64,000 nucleotides of DNA from Ginglymostoma cirratum (taxonomy: Eukaryota): assembly GCA_024137785.1 (NCBI GenBank), contig JAHRHZ010000043.1, forward strand, positions 27,041,729 through 27,105,728, in the 5' to 3' direction. The notes beneath the pieces were generated by a model. It did not search any database. It was not told where the DNA came from and was given only the letters and a program-made list of their open reading frames with translations. A program made the translations under genes and the position numbers. Numbering within the stretch: position 1 is the first letter of the stretch; every line of letters begins with the position of its first letter. Positions 1-13,514 of the stretch are shown here, piece by piece.

Positions 1-357
1 TCTCACCTATCCCCTCCTCCCACCTCAAGCCCCACCCCCATCTCCTATCTACTAACATCATCCCGCCCCCTTGACCTGTCCGTCCTCCCTGGACTGACCT
101 ATCTCCTCCCTACCCCCCTACCTACACTCACCTTTACTGGCTCCATTCCCGCCTCTTCGACTTGTCTGCCTCCTCTCCACCTATCCTCTCCTCTATCCAT
201 CCTCTATCTGCCTCCCCCTCTCTCCCTATTTATTTCAGAACCCTCTTCCCCTCCTCCATTTCTGATGAAGGGTCTAGGCCTGAAACGTCAAGCTTTCCTG
301 CTCCTATGCTGCTGCTTGGCCTGCTGCGTTCATCCAGCCCCACACCTTGTTATCTCC
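1..357 (+). mobile_element. Penelope-like element (PLE) 3' end / pseudo-LTR fragment with hammerhead-like core, in the last intron of WDR18
   Basis: CT-rich segment, then CTGATGAAGGGTCTAGGCCTGAAACGTC (262-289) and tail GCTGCTTGGCCTGCTGCGTTCATCCAGC...TTGTTATCTC; near-identical copies at 9828-10120(-), 14260-14548, 23362-23459 and 32814-32913. Confidence 0.7.
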
Positions 358-403
358 AAATTTGTACTCAGTTGTTCAGATCGTTTTTTACTTTTTTATG
401 CAG

Positions 404-532
404 CATATGCTGGGAGATGGCGAGAACACAAAAATGAGAGTGGCTGAGCTGGAAGACGAAGTGAAGACATTGAAGAAAATCAATAGAGATTTGTATGATT
501 TTTCAGTGCAAGTTCTGACCAAACAGACATAA
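404..532 (+). CDS. WDR18: WD repeat-containing protein 18, last coding exon (C-terminal coiled coil)
   Basis: Pyrimidine tract plus CAG acceptor at 401-403. Reads HMLGDGENTKMRVAELEDEVKTLKKINRDLYDFSVQVLTKQT*, matching the vertebrate WDR18 C-terminus as recalled (RVTELEDEVRNLRKINRDLFDFS). A GRIN3-type gene downstream fits known synteny. Confidence 0.9.
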   Translation, partial: HMLGDGENTKMRVAELEDEVKTLKKINRDLYDFSVQVLTKQT

Positions 533-1767
533 GTGAAGAAAAGAGAAATACTGCAAATTCTGAAGCACCCTGTGAAAGGTTTCTGTTGGTATTGTAACAA
601 TACATTTTATTAGCCTTTATATAATGAACTGGCATATTTAAACATTTCCAATTGTGGTCCCACTTATGCATCTGTTTATCTGATTTGTCAGAGGTGTTTA
701 TGCTCGTGTTTCTTCTTATTTACACATAGTCACATCTATTTAAGTCAGGTTTTTCTTTAACTGCTTTTAAGCTGTAATTGTTGGCCTGTTAACAATCTTG
801 ATTCCATACACATGGGTCCAATTTGCCAGATTCATAAAACATTTGGATTGGGGGACCCAGTTGATACCTGGATCTTCCTGGTGATTTTTTTTATTTGGAG
901 AGGATATTGCTTTCACCTTTGTTTGGATTGTCATTTTCAGAATCAGTTTGTAAATATAATAGCACTGTACATATGAATTCCACATGTGGCCTCTTGAACC
1001 CAGTTTGTACTTCTAAGTTTTCTCCATAGGTTTGTTCTGTTTGAAGCTTATGAACTTGAAGACTCTGAAAGGTCTGTTTGCCCATCACCTAAGAGGGTTT
1101 AAGATCTGTTATCTATAAAGGAAACTTTAAATCTTGTCTGTGGCCAGAGGCTCCATGATACACACGTTATCTCTTATAGTCAGAAAGTTTGGACATTCAA
1201 GTGTTAAAGTAATAATTCCAAATTCTCTGCAGTTCTTGAAGTATTTGGTATCTCTTACTCCATTTCTCCTGGTCAGTCCTCTGTCCTCTTGAGAGTTAAA
1301 ATGTTGTATGTGGGTCATCCTGGAATTCATATTGGGTTTATCCTGACTCTTGTGGTTTCCCCTCTTCCTGTGGGAGATTGCCATTTACTTGACTACTTTT
1401 CCACTTTGTTGTAATTGTAATCAGGAACACAGTGTGGGAAAATCACTGGCATAGACCCACGTCCCATTTTGGGCATTCCAGTGTGTGATCATCAACCAAG
1501 ACAACAATTGGGGTTGCAAAGTCGATGCAGTTACTGGAGTAACTGATTTGATTCTGTGATACAAGTCACACATTTTTGGCTTATGTTGTTATAATTTTTA
1601 TTGTTATTTATGTCAATCTGACTGTGGTTTGATTGACAGGAGCATTTAGAATCCCAGCCCCTGTCATGGTATATTTGCATTCTACCCTGTGCCTCATATT
1701 TGAGTAGTCTATTCTGTCTTGTGTTTGTGGGAACTTTGTACATATCTGGAGCATTTGACATTTTTAA

Positions 1768-1773
1768 AATAAA
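1768..1773 (+). terminator. Candidate polyadenylation signal of WDR18
   Basis: First clear AATAAA I found downstream of the stop, followed by T-rich sequence. Confidence 0.45.
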
Positions 1774-4305
1774 TGTTTTGCAGTAAATCTGATCTTTTTA
1801 ATCTGCAGTTATTTTAAGTTAAATTCAGCATAAAATTGCCCAGAGCGCAATGTCTGTATTAGGTTTTACTACTGGGATTGTTATCATTTTTCCTATTGCT
1901 GTAGAAATATTAACTGAATCTTACAGCAAAATTTAAAGTTCAGTATTATAAGAGGAAAAGGATTTATTTTAAAAGTTTCCACCATCTACAGAGGTAACTA
2001 AGTCAAGAACAAGTCTAATTAGGCAAATATACTTTCAAATAGCATTGAACAAAATCCTTCACATCAGACCAGTGTGGAAGGTCACGATTTACAAAATAGT
2101 TGACAGATAAACACAGCAGATTCAAAAATTGTTGGGCAGCTGTCAGCAGTGCAAAACTAAGTGAAAATACTGTGCTTGAGGAAAAGTAATCAGCAGTATT
2201 TATGAATGAGGTAGCAAAACCTAATGCTTATGGCTATGTAAGGAGCAGAAAGGGAGACTGACTACCCTTACGGAGATTAGAGATTTAGGCCAACTATTCA
2301 GCTGTGGTAGAATGCATGTGTTTAAATCTAGATATATTTAATCTAATACATGAAAATGGATGATAACAAAAGAAAACATAAATGCTATGTAGAAGTGACA
2401 GAATCTCTTTCTGCTCAGAATCTAAGTATCAAGTTGGTGTTAAATTCTTATTATGTAAATAATGCTGTGGTATGTTTCTGAGGTTTTTAATTCTCCACAG
2501 TTGAGTAGGCAACTAATAACTGTCTGGGGTCACAAGTGAAGATTACCTCTTTATTTCTAGCACCCATAAGACAGAACCTCATCAAAAAGATAGCAACTTC
2601 AGCAGAAATCGCAGGATATGGGAAACATTTGATGCTCTCAATTAATATTATGGGATTACATTTAAAGTACAAACTAATCAATTTGCTGGGGGAACCAGGA
2701 AGCTGAATTGACTAGTGTGGTTCAGAATAATACCAACTGCACAGGTTCAATTCTTTTTCTGGTTAAGATAGACTTGGTACCTGCATCTCTGCCCTGCCTG
2801 AGTGGAAGGCAATGACAAACTGCCAAGAACAACAGCCCAGGATGGTGCATTAGTGGACATGAGCCAAAGGACCTGCCTGAGGCAGAGGAATTGTGGAATG
2901 GAATTGAATTGCTCTACTGTACATATCCAGTAGTTGGATGTACACTGCTGCACAATAAACCAACATTGATGCAATCGGCGAGGACAATATCGCAGCAACA
3001 AAATAAATGGAAATTGTAAAAATGTGTGGAAAATATTCAAGTCTGGTTGCATCAAAGAGAATAGTTATTGTTTCAGACTGATTACCTTTTTAAGAACAGA
3101 ACGAGCAACCCTCTTATGAACTTCCCTGGTCACAATTCTGGTTTAACCAACACAAGTGTACCTTGTGGAAATGCCTGTAATATAGAACCGACCTAGAGTT
3201 GCAAAAAAGAAAATGGATAAATATTGCTCTCCTGGCACTTTAAGCAACTTCCTATTTAAGGCAGACTGGTGGGAATGCCATCCTGTTTCTAATTTGCACC
3301 TACCTAATCTGGAAATGCTTAATGCCAATACTGGGCATTAACTGGTGGACCCATTCCAGTTGTCAAACTCCATGAGTACAGAAAACCATCCAATGTTTTT
3401 TTAACTCAGTTTCTAGAATTCTGCTGCAGAGTAGATTATTTATATTTGAGTTTTTACAGTACAGATCATGAAATTGATTATAAGCCAATCAAGGTAGAAC
3501 TGGACTAATGTGTCCTGCTGATTGGATTTTTATTTTTAATATTTTTCAAAAGCTAATCCTTTTAGATAAACCACTGCTGTGAGACTTTACTTGACACATT
3601 TTGTTTTTAACTGAATATTTGTCTTGTATTGGGTAAGGTTTAACCCTAACTCTAAACTTTATGGAACATTAACAGTACGTTGCAGTTGGTACAAGGATGT
3701 TGCAATAATTCTTGGGCCATTGCTGGGTGTCTCATTTTTATGAAATACATTATGATTTACGCCTTCTTCCTAAAGCATAAAGTATTGTTGTTGAGCATCT
3801 CTCATAACCAATGATCCAGTCATATTCAATTGCCCACTGTAGCAATTCTGCTTTTCCAGTTCCTGTGAAGTAGTTCGCTCTGTTACCAGGGTCATCCAGA
3901 GACAGAGTGAAAAGGATAAATGACATCCAAAGTATCTTTTGTATTTTGTGTAAAGCAGCACTCAGATCAGTTTCGATTAGAATTGAGGCAGAGAAAAGGT
4001 AAAGAATTTTAAAGCATAAGGTTGATGGTGTGCAGTTGAATACACAAAGGTGAATTCAAACGTTGGATTGGCTATGACCTTTCATAATGTGGTGACTGAT
4101 TAGTGGAAATTTCTCAGAATACATTTCTTTTTCTGACTGTGCTTTGTATTCACAGCACATTGCTGTTTGCAAATGAAAAGAAAAGGCATTAAGTGGTTTT
4201 AAAACTGGCTGTTCGACTTAGTTTTTGATCAGAGCCATGGATTGTGCAGATGCTGTGAAGTTTCTGCACTAGATAATGGAAGATTACATGTAAAGCCAGA
4301 TTTCT

Positions 4306-5060
4306 GATCCAAGATGGTGGCAGAGTAGGGTTCCTGTGCTGGAGCTCATCTGCTCTGACCACTTTTTTTGTTTTCCCACCATCTTTCTTTCTTTCTTACT
4401 TGCTTATTTACCTTGACCTAATCTTGGACAGCATCGGCAGTGGTGAGAGCTCAACACACGGATCTCAAGTGGGCCCAGGGAGCGGACCTCAAGCCAGCAT
4501 ACCCTGGACCTTAAGTGGGCCCAGCGTGCGGGAGAGTGAGCCCCTACTTACTTTTCCAGAGTAAGCGCAGGATCTGGAATCGGTGGCTGCTTCATTGGCA
4601 GAGGCGACATCGGTGAGGCCCAGTGGCAAGAGATGGCATTTGAGGATCAGTGACTTTTGTTGGTTGGTCCAGCGCTGGCAGCAGCAGAATGGCATCATGG
4701 CAACATCGATAAGGTGGAGCCAGCTGCAAGAGGCACGAGTCTAATGTTGGGATGGTCTGGTGCAGGAGGCGGTGAGGCTGTGGTGGAGGAGTATTGGCCC
4801 AGTAGCAAAGATGGCACCTGAGGATCAGTGACTTCAATGTTAGTTGTGTCTGGTGTAGACAGAGGCAGAGGATGGTGGCGCAGGCATCGTCAAGAGTAAT
4901 GAGCTGATTCAGGACTGATGGACTCTCTTCAAGCTCCATCTTTTTTTCCTTATTCTGAAATTGTTCAAAATGATGCCATTTCATGGCAACAAAGAAAGCT
5001 TTTCACAGAATTTTTTTGTATTCCTACTGTAAAATATATGCAACAAAATCAAAATCAAAA
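4306..5060 (+). mobile_element. Non-autonomous, internally deleted LINE-derived element (Rex/Babar- or L2-like ends)
   Basis: Starts GATCCAAGATGG; GC-rich body with internal direct repeats; ends CTTTTCAC...(CAAAAT)n, like the tail of the LINE fragment at 30550-30932. Confidence 0.45.
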
Positions 5061-6485
5061 ATTTTGGAATTGTCTAATGGGCTTGTTAAATATTTCTAGC
5101 ATTTTCTGTTTTATTACTAAACTGCCTTTCACACAAACGCATTTCTTGTAATGGATGGAATTTGGTTCAAATTGAAATTCCTTTCCAAGTTTGACTGTCA
5201 GATACAATCCAGGGTTACCTGTTGTGCTGGTTTTCCACTCTTAAGTTAACAGGCAGCTATCCTGGCAGAGAGATAACGCGGTAATTCTAGATCCTTTCCA
5301 AGGTAAGGGTGAAGCTAACAGTTAATCAAAGAATGCCATCTTTGTTAAATTGAATCTGGAACCTTGCAGTCAAAATGATTGAGGGACAAGCAAAATACAT
5401 GTTCAATTTATCGAGAAACACGTCAAAATCTCATTCTCTATCCTGTCCAAGAAAGGTTTTGTTCTGTTCAACAAACCTTAACTGGCATATGTAATGGATA
5501 AATGTATTAAGGTTGAATTGTACATAGAGGGGAGGAGATGGACAGCTCAGCCAGCATAGCAGCTGAGAGAAAACATTCCTTAAATAATTTGTAGTGACTT
5601 TGTGAATGGGCCATGAATATCCTGGTCTGTGCTGAGTTACCTGATCTCAGGCAGGCAAATGCTAAGATCCAACCTGGGAATTTCCCAGCCTTATAAAAGC
5701 TTCAGTTTTCACTGGAAACAATTTTGAAAATTAAGCCATCATGACACAACTTCATCTTATAGTTGTATATTTACAGAAGTGTTCTGTAAGTCATTCTATT
5801 GCTCCAGTTTACGTCATATGGTTTCAACTGGCTCCATTTGTTCTAAATCTTTACATGTGGTAAACATTCATTTAGATTTTAAATAGAATGTAATTTAAGA
5901 CAGTTATTGATTCTGTATACGGTTCTTTGTTCTACTTGTAGTGAACTTGTTTAATGTTCATTCACATCCTGAATGAACCCAAGTCCAACCGACATGATGG
6001 TCGTATTGTTGAATATTTGTCAATGCATCTGGATGTTTGGCTACAATCCGTATAATTAATCTACACACCATATACATATAAGTAAGACGGCTGTTCCCAT
6101 AGAGAATGTCTCTATTAAATGAATATGGTGTTGTAGAAGAAGAAATTATAAGTGATGAAATCTTTTATTTTCCACTTATTTTACTTAATGATGAATAGCT
6201 CCACAGGAAAGGTCAAGACACCTTCCAACCATAGAACTGTACCCAGAAAGCTACATTCCCTTCAAATAGAGGGTATGATGTGAAACAGGTTAAAATGATT
6301 AACCAGACCACCTTATAAGATTTGTGTATACACTGTGAAAGAAAGGCATAAACCAATTTGATTGGTTTGCAGAAAACATTGTCCCTCAGTTGTATCGTGT
6401 TTGTGTGTGTACAGTTACAAGAGCTAGCAACTAAAATAGGTAAGAATATTTCACAGATAATTAGCTATAATGTGTTACAGACTCA

Positions 6486-6712
6486 GGGGCTCTTTGTGGT
6501 GGTAATGTATGGTCCTTTAAGCTAGGAGGCCCAGGTTTGAGTCCCACCTGTTCCAGGGTATATAATATCGATTAGAAAATATCTACAACAGAATTGGGGG
6601 CTCTTGTGGTGCAAGAGTAGTGCACCTATCTCTGAGCTAGGAGGCTTGGGTTCAAGACCCACTTGCTCCAGATGTAATAACATCTCTGAACAGGTTGATC
6701 AGAAAAATAGCT
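6486..6712 (+). mobile_element. Tandem pair of short tRNA-derived SINE units
   Basis: Two ~110 bp units starting GGGGCTCT(T)TGTGGTG at 6486 and 6597, each with AGCTAGGAGGC and a B-box-like GGTTTGAGTCCC / GGTTCAAGACCC. Confidence 0.55.
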
Positions 6713-7889
6713 ATATAGCACCAGTAGGAACAGGCCTGATGCAGTCTGAATTAGGGTCCTCTTCTAGATAAGCAACCTGCAATAATTAATCAGAGTTCGC
6801 ATCACCTCAAGCTTTAAATGTGATCACTCCAATGTCACAGAATTCATATCAACATATAAAAATGGCAGTGTCTGTCTGTGAATAAACCAACAGCATTTTA
6901 AATTGAACTTGTTTCTGATTTGGAAAACTGACTACATTAGTGCTAAAAGAAAGACTGCATGAATCCCCCCAAAAAAGGAAATATCTACTGGCCCAGTAAT
7001 GAATGCACAGCTACAGTTCATAATGGAAGAGAAAATTGATGGAAAGAAATTAAGCAAGTTGTCTTTTAGCAGTTCTAAAACAAGTTCTGAGCCAGCTGTA
7101 ATCTGTCTGTGGGTTAGGATTAAATTTATTTAACAGCTGGGAACTGATTGAAGTAGGCAGCAATATAAACCAGATGTAATTTTTGAAGGATTTAGCACCC
7201 ATCTCCAGCCATAGTCAGGTCATTGGATTCACACTATGGATTGTAAGCCTCAGACAGCATATAAACAAAGCTGTAGATAATTTTGTAACAAGACTGTGGG
7301 AGGCAGAAGGGCAACTAAATTGTGGTTTGGCACAGCCTCAAATACAGAGAGCACTATTTGGTGACAAGTTTATAACATCAAAGGCTGCAGACATTGCCAG
7401 GCCGTGCGTGCATACAAGGAAACAGGTGAAGATGGTGACTACTCAGACAGCCAGCCTTCAGCTGAGCCAAGGGAAAGGCCGCAGATTTCACACAGTGAAA
7501 CAGAAACAAATGCAGGTACACCCAGAGTTATCTGCTTACAGATAACTACATGAATTCACAGACAGAAGGAAATACCTTACATATGGCAGTTATTGTGAAA
7601 TGATGTGCAGGACAAAGCATGAAGCTGGTAGACAAGCTACCAGAGCCAGAGCAACAAGGTAAATGGATGGGGGATGTGAACAAAACATTACTACCAGTGT
7701 CACAGAATTGTTACAGCTCAGGAGGAGGGCATTTGGTTCATCATGTCTGCATTGGCCCTCTGAGAATTTTAACTTAATGCCAATCTCCTGCCTTTTTCTT
7801 ATAACCCTACATGTTGCTTTATTTAAATATCACCCAATGCTGTCTTGAATGCCTCATTGAACCTGGCTCCACCACACTTCCAGACAAGA

Positions 7890-8167
7890 TTTTAAGAGTA
7901 TGGAGGAGGCAGCTTAAAGGGGATTTGAGGAAATAAATGTTTTCACCCAAAGAATGGTGGATATCTGGAACTCACTGTATGAAAGAGTAGTGGAGGCAGA
8001 AACCCTCAAGACATTGAAGAACTATTTAGACGAGCGTTAGAAATGCCATAGTGTAAAGGCTACAGGCCAAATACCAGAAATTGGCAGTAGAGTAGAAGAA
8101 TATTTGATGCTTGGGCATGATGGGCTAAAGTGTCTTGTTCTGTGCTGTAAAATCTCTGACTATGACT
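7890..8167 (+). mobile_element. CR1 LINE 3' end fragment
   Basis: TTTTCACCCAAAGAATGGTG...TGGAACTCACTG...GATGGGCTAAA and CTATGACT tail, homologous to the 3' end of the CR1 at 43480-43715. Confidence 0.7.
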
Positions 8168-8699
8168 CAAGTGATCCAATCTGCTGGGATTACTGTGGCT
8201 TTAAAGAGCTTTATCCTGACCACTTTGGATTCAAGAATGACCAAAAAGATAATGTGTCGAGCATGCTGCCAAAGGGACCAAAGTCATACACCTGAAGTCT
8301 TCAAAAGAATCAAATTCCCTTAAAGTATTTTTTTAATTACATTTTTTAAAAAGTCTGGAATTCAAATTTTGCCATTTGAACCTATTATCCCACAACATTA
8401 GCGTGGAGACCTGGAGTCCTAGTTTATTGTCATTACCACTACACCATCACCTCTGCTGTTTCCAATGGGATTTAATCCCAACTAGATTCAGTGTCTTTGT
8501 AAGAAAGTTTTTAATATTGTTATGAAAATATTTAAATTTTGCAGCTGAGTTTAAAAATGAGCAACATGGTATTAATCTACTTTTTTATACTTGTAGATAC
8601 CTGCCAACACTACAATCTTCTCGTACATCGAACTCATGTTTTGTACTAAAATAACGTGAATTAAAGCAACTTTTATTGTAAAAAGATCCCTGCAATGAA

Positions 8700-9445
8700 G
8701 ACATAGAATCAATGAATGTTACACCCTGGAGGGAGGCCATTCTGTCCTCTTTGTCTGCGCCAGCTCTTTGGTGAAGCTATCTAATTCACCTTACTTCTAG
8801 ATTTTCTCTGCCTCTCGGTGCCCTTTGTCTGTCACCTTGTATCCGACTTTTTGGATGCTGATCTACTACTGAATTCAGTTTCTTTTTATATACGCTGTCA
8901 AAAATTTTATGATTTTGAACACCTGTATCAAGTACCCTCTTGACCTTATCTTTTAAATAGAACAATTCCAGCTTCTCCAACTAAATTCCCTTAGCCCTCC
9001 CAAGTTCCATTCTGATAAACCTCTTCATGGCCTTGCAATTTGTCTTCAAAGGCCACACGCACAATTTGGCAGAATAATTAATCTGACGCTTAACCTTAAA
9101 AGAAAGTCCTAGAGTCTTAGAGCTATACAGCATAGAGACAGACCCTTCAGTCCAATTCGTCCATGCCAACCAGATATCCTAATTTAATCTAGTAAATCTG
9201 GAATATTTAGCATATCTTCCTTGCTTTTATGTTCCATAATAAATACCATACATCCCACATGTTTGTTATGCCTTCTCAACTGATCCTGCCACCTTCAAGC
9301 ATTTCTATTTGTACATCTCAAGGTCCCAATGTTCTTGCATATCCTTGAAAATGAGACCATTCAGCTTGCATTGCTACTCACCATATTTCCTACCAAAGTG
9401 TATCACTTCACATTTTCTGTATTAAATTTCATCTGCCACATTTCA
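8700..9445 (-). mobile_element. Decayed CR1 LINE 3' portion, with a second CR1 tail at about 9110-9195
   Basis: Minus-strand ORF MEKLELFYLK...; reverse-complement similarity to the CR1 RT C-terminus (WQMKFNTEKCEVIHFG at 9390-9440). Confidence 0.65.
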
Positions 9446-9827
9446 TCACACTAAGAAAACCTTTTATTAACAACAAGGTGCTGTGTCCAGGAGTGCTGTA
9501 CCTGAAAAAGATGAAGGAAGCAAATTCAACAATAACATTCAAGGAGAACTTGTTGAACCTGAAGGTTCAAAAAAAATTCCAGAGCTATAGGAGAAAAGGT
9601 AGGAAGGAGGATTAATTTAAATAGCTTCACCAAAGAGCTAGTACAGACTACACTCTCCTGAAGTCTGCATTATCTGTATCATTATTTTACCACATTTCTA
9701 AGTTTGAATTCAGATGCAGCTTTTGAAATTATATCTTGTCTACCCACATGCAATTCATTAGTATTTATTAAAAACAGCAATGACTCTACTACTGACCATT
9801 GATAGCAGAATTGTATACTTGGCTATA

Positions 9828-10120
9828 GATAACAAGGTGTGGAGCTGGATGAACACAGCAGGCCAGGCAGCATTAGAGGAGCAGGAAAACTGACGCTTCG
9901 GGTCGCGACCATTTTTCAGAAATGCGGAGGGGGAGGGGAGCTCAGAAATAAATAGAGGGGTGGTGGGGCTGGGGAAGGTAGGTGGCATGGTGATAGGTGA
10001 GTGCATGTAGGCAGTGGTCAGGACTGATCAGTGAGGTGGGAGTGGCAGATAGGTGAGAGATAAGATGAACAGGTTGTGTCAGGGCAAGGAGACGGGGATA
10101 AGAAGGAGGGTTGGTCAAGG
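9828..10120 (-). mobile_element. PLE pseudo-LTR fragment (same family as 1-357)
   Basis: Reverse complement of the 1-357 repeat; degenerate core CTGAAAAATGGTCGCGACCCGAAGCGTC. Confidence 0.7.
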
Positions 10121-10329
10121 GCTCATGCCAATAGTCATTCTCACCATGCCTGCTGTTACTACTCAGTCAACTAGTTCTTATAACCCTTCCTGTACAGCCA
10201 CAAATGCTTTGCCATTTGTCGTGTTATCCTTTTCACGACCTCCTCCCTCCATTTTAGACACCAGATTCAGTGCCTAAAAGCATCTTTGATTATAGCTGTT
10301 TCATAGAGATTGAACAGTGCTGTGATAAA

Positions 10330-10810
10330 CAACCAACACCCTTTGTTTCTGACCTGCCAGTAAGTACTCTCACTGTTATTGTTTGTTCCTGTGTGTGGCC
10401 ATACAGCTTTCTTATCTGTTGTCAATCTCTCCTGTCTACTCCAGTGTTTTTCTGCACCATCAGGAGCGTAATCCAGTCAACCCAATCGAACACTATTTAA
10501 AAATCTACAAAACAATTATATAATTACTGTCCAAATTCAAAATGTTCCCCCTCAGTAATCGGATCATACCAATTGCTTCTTCCATCCCTCTTACTCCCTG
10601 AAACCCAAACTGGTCATCCTTGATTTTGTGCCTTCCCATCCACTCTCTTTGTTATAACTTTCAACTCAGCCTGTGATGGACGAGCAAACAGACTAGCAGT
10701 ACAAAAGGCTAAACCTCTACATGCCTTTGTGTCGTCTTCATCATTACTTTCATTATTGTCTGCATAAAGTCCTCTGGCCATTCTCCTGATAAATAAATAT
10801 TGTTGCACAA
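10330..10810 (-). mobile_element. Decayed RTE-like reverse transcriptase fragment
   Basis: Minus-strand translation gives DQFGF(R/Q)...EAIGMIR and YNCFVDF motifs typical of the non-LTR RT N-terminus. Confidence 0.45.
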
Positions 10811-11339
10811 TTCAGTAAAAATTGACGTTAGGTGCTTTTAATCAGCTCTGTAGATATTGTATCCATACCAGCTGCTGTCATACCAGCTGCTGTTCCAGCA
10901 CTTTTCTTTTTATCCCATTTATTACTGCTCTAACCTCAGTGGCTAATATTTCTGAGCAATGAAATCAACGTCAGCGTTCATCTGTTGTAGCTCAATTGTT
11001 GCAGATTTTTCATTTTTATAAACTGCTCATTCCTTCTTTAACTTATTTATTTGGGTTTGTTAACAGCATCTTTCTTGCTGTTGTTTTCAGTCCTTTATGC
11101 TGCGTGCTACTCATCTCTTGTTTTTGCCTGCATGAAGTATTGGCCTCCTGACCAAGTCAGTTCTTCAACCTTATCACACGACTCTTTTATCCATTGTTCT
11201 CATGTCTTTTCAGTTACTCATAACTTATTATTCAAGTATCTATATTTCAGCTTGTCTTCTTCAGCATTGATTTTCTCCTTTCTTCCAACTTTTGCAACAT
11301 TGCAGTTGTAGCCAACTCCATGTCCAAAGACAATTGCAT

Positions 11340-12910
11340 GATTATGGCCAATTTATACCAGATTGACTGCCTTCATTGCTTGGCAGAATGAGCCAAGGTG
11401 GCAAGTCAAGAAGGCACCCTTACAACAGTTCAAGAATGGCATTCATCAATGCTGGGAAGAACATTTTCAACAACTCCTGAACTTTGAATCCACAGTGGCA
11501 GCTAATATTCTCTGTTCTACGTTCAAATATGCTGGTAAAATCCATGGTGAACTATCATCAATGGGAGGACTGCAGCATACAATCAAACATAGAAAACGGC
11601 AAATTCTGCTTCTCTAAAGATCTTCCAGCTGATGCCTTCAAAGCTGGCTTTCTGCTCAGATTAAGACTCTGTACACTCATCTCCAGCATTTGGGAGAAAA
11701 AGGAACTCCCAGTACCCTCCCCGACGCACCACGCACCACCCTCCACCAACTTCTGGAATGTGACAATTGTAATATCTTCAAGAAGGTTGATAAGTCAGAT
11801 TGCAGGAGCTACCATAACCATCTGGTCTCTAGCAGGGAAAATCCTGACATATGTTGTCCTGGATTGAACATTTCCTGAGGCTTCAGAACATCCAGACAAA
11901 CCTTTGAAATGCTCTCTGAGGAAAAATGGCAGAACCAAAGCAAGCCATATTTCATTCAGTTCATCAACCTGAGCTAAGCAATTGACTCAATAAATTATGA
12001 CGCTCTGAGAATTGTTTTCAAAAGACTTGGATGTCCCAAAAACATCACCACAATCCCGTAAGTGGTTCACAATGATATGATTGAAACCCTGAGTTGAATG
12101 GCAAATCTGAAATAGCTGTCTTCAAAATCCAGATGTGGGTGAAGGAAGGCTGGGTGATTGCCCCCAAACTGTATATAATCTCTCTGACAGCGCTATTCAT
12201 CTCAGCCAAGATTAACTGCCCTCTGGCATGAGTACTAAGTACCATTTTAGTGGAATTTTTAACTTCAATTGTCTCCATGCCAAAACTGAACTGACCATCA
12301 TAGATACCACTCTGCAGCAGATTTGCGAGCCACTCATGATCTCTTCAATTCTATGTAAAAGGAACTCAGCCTGCCCTTGAATGTTGCTAAAATAAATTCA
12401 TTTATCAACTGGCCAAATATTCCACCTCCCGTAAATGTTGAAGGAGATAATCTGGAGCATGCTGAGAACTTGCCATAACTTGGAAACTAACTATGTCAAA
12501 AAGCCACCAGCTCAGACTCCTACTGGCTGTAGTAGTGAGGATTTGACAAAAGACCTCTGCTAATGAGTAAAAGTTTTACCGGTAGGGTAGTTATCATCAC
12601 CACATTCCCGTACTACAGTGAAACCTGGACAGTGGCTCAGCAGCACAGAGGAGCACTGGGGAAATTGTGTCTGCAGTCTTCCTTTCAAATCCTCTGATTC
12701 AATGTGGAACTGGCAAACAAATGCTAGTGCCCTTCTCGAAGCCAGCTCCACAAGCAATATCTCCACAAAATCAACTTCAGTGGACTGGACAGTGAGTTTG
12801 GATGACTGCAAAGTGTCTTCCCTCTACAGGTACTGTCTTCTGAACTCTCAAATGGCCAGCACTTTGTGGAAGGATAAGAAAACAGGCTGAAGGACGCTGT
12901 AAAACTCTTC
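11340..12910 (+). mobile_element. Decayed RTE-clade LINE ORF
   Basis: Fragments WEEHFQQLLN, DLPADAFKAG, IWEKKELP, IFKKVDKSDCRSY, LAGKIL and VKEGWVIAP across frameshifts resemble RTE RT motifs. Confidence 0.7.
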
Positions 12911-12917
12911 TCTGTAA

Positions 12918-13085
12918 TTTTTTTTTATTCATTCGTGGGGTGCAGGCATCACTAGCTGGCCAGCATTTATTGCCCATCCTTAGAGAAGGAGGTGATGAGC
13001 TGCCTTCTTGAACCTTAGTAGTTTGCCTGCTGTAGGTTGACCCACAGTGCCATTAGGGAGGGAATTCCAGAATTTTGACCCAGCA
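12918..13085 (-). mobile_element. 3' tail of a CR1/L2-group LINE (same family as 25110-27250)
   Basis: Reverse complement of GGGTCAAAATYCTGGAA...GGATGGGCAATAAATGCTGGCCAG...GAATGAATAAAAAA; also seen at 19890-19985, 45267-45450, 49320-49572 and 51150-51420. Confidence 0.6.
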
Positions 13086-13514
13086 AATCCTGTGGATGAG
13101 AATCATGGTCTGTTATGCATTTATTATATCTAGTATCCTAAATCTTATTAGCATTTCTCTCTGAACATTGCAAGTATCAGCAGTGGCTACATTGAAAATG
13201 TTACTGTACAGACCTCAGCACAGTATAGTTTGCAGCTCACAAACATCAGCCAAGGGCAGGTCACAATCTCATGTTATAACGGTTTTACAATGAGCCAAAC
13301 AAGGATCACACTTTGCAAGCATTGTTCAAGGTCTAAGGACCATCCTGGACCAACAGAGGCTCTCTCAATCTTTATTGATACAACCTTTAGCATTGATCTG
13401 TGTTGAATAATCTCCCGACATGAGCTGGTAACATGAGTTACTGTTTTTTGCATATTAAACCAAGTTTGACAGTTCATTTGAAAGTCAAAGTAAGGGTCTA
13501 GGTGTTCTGATATC

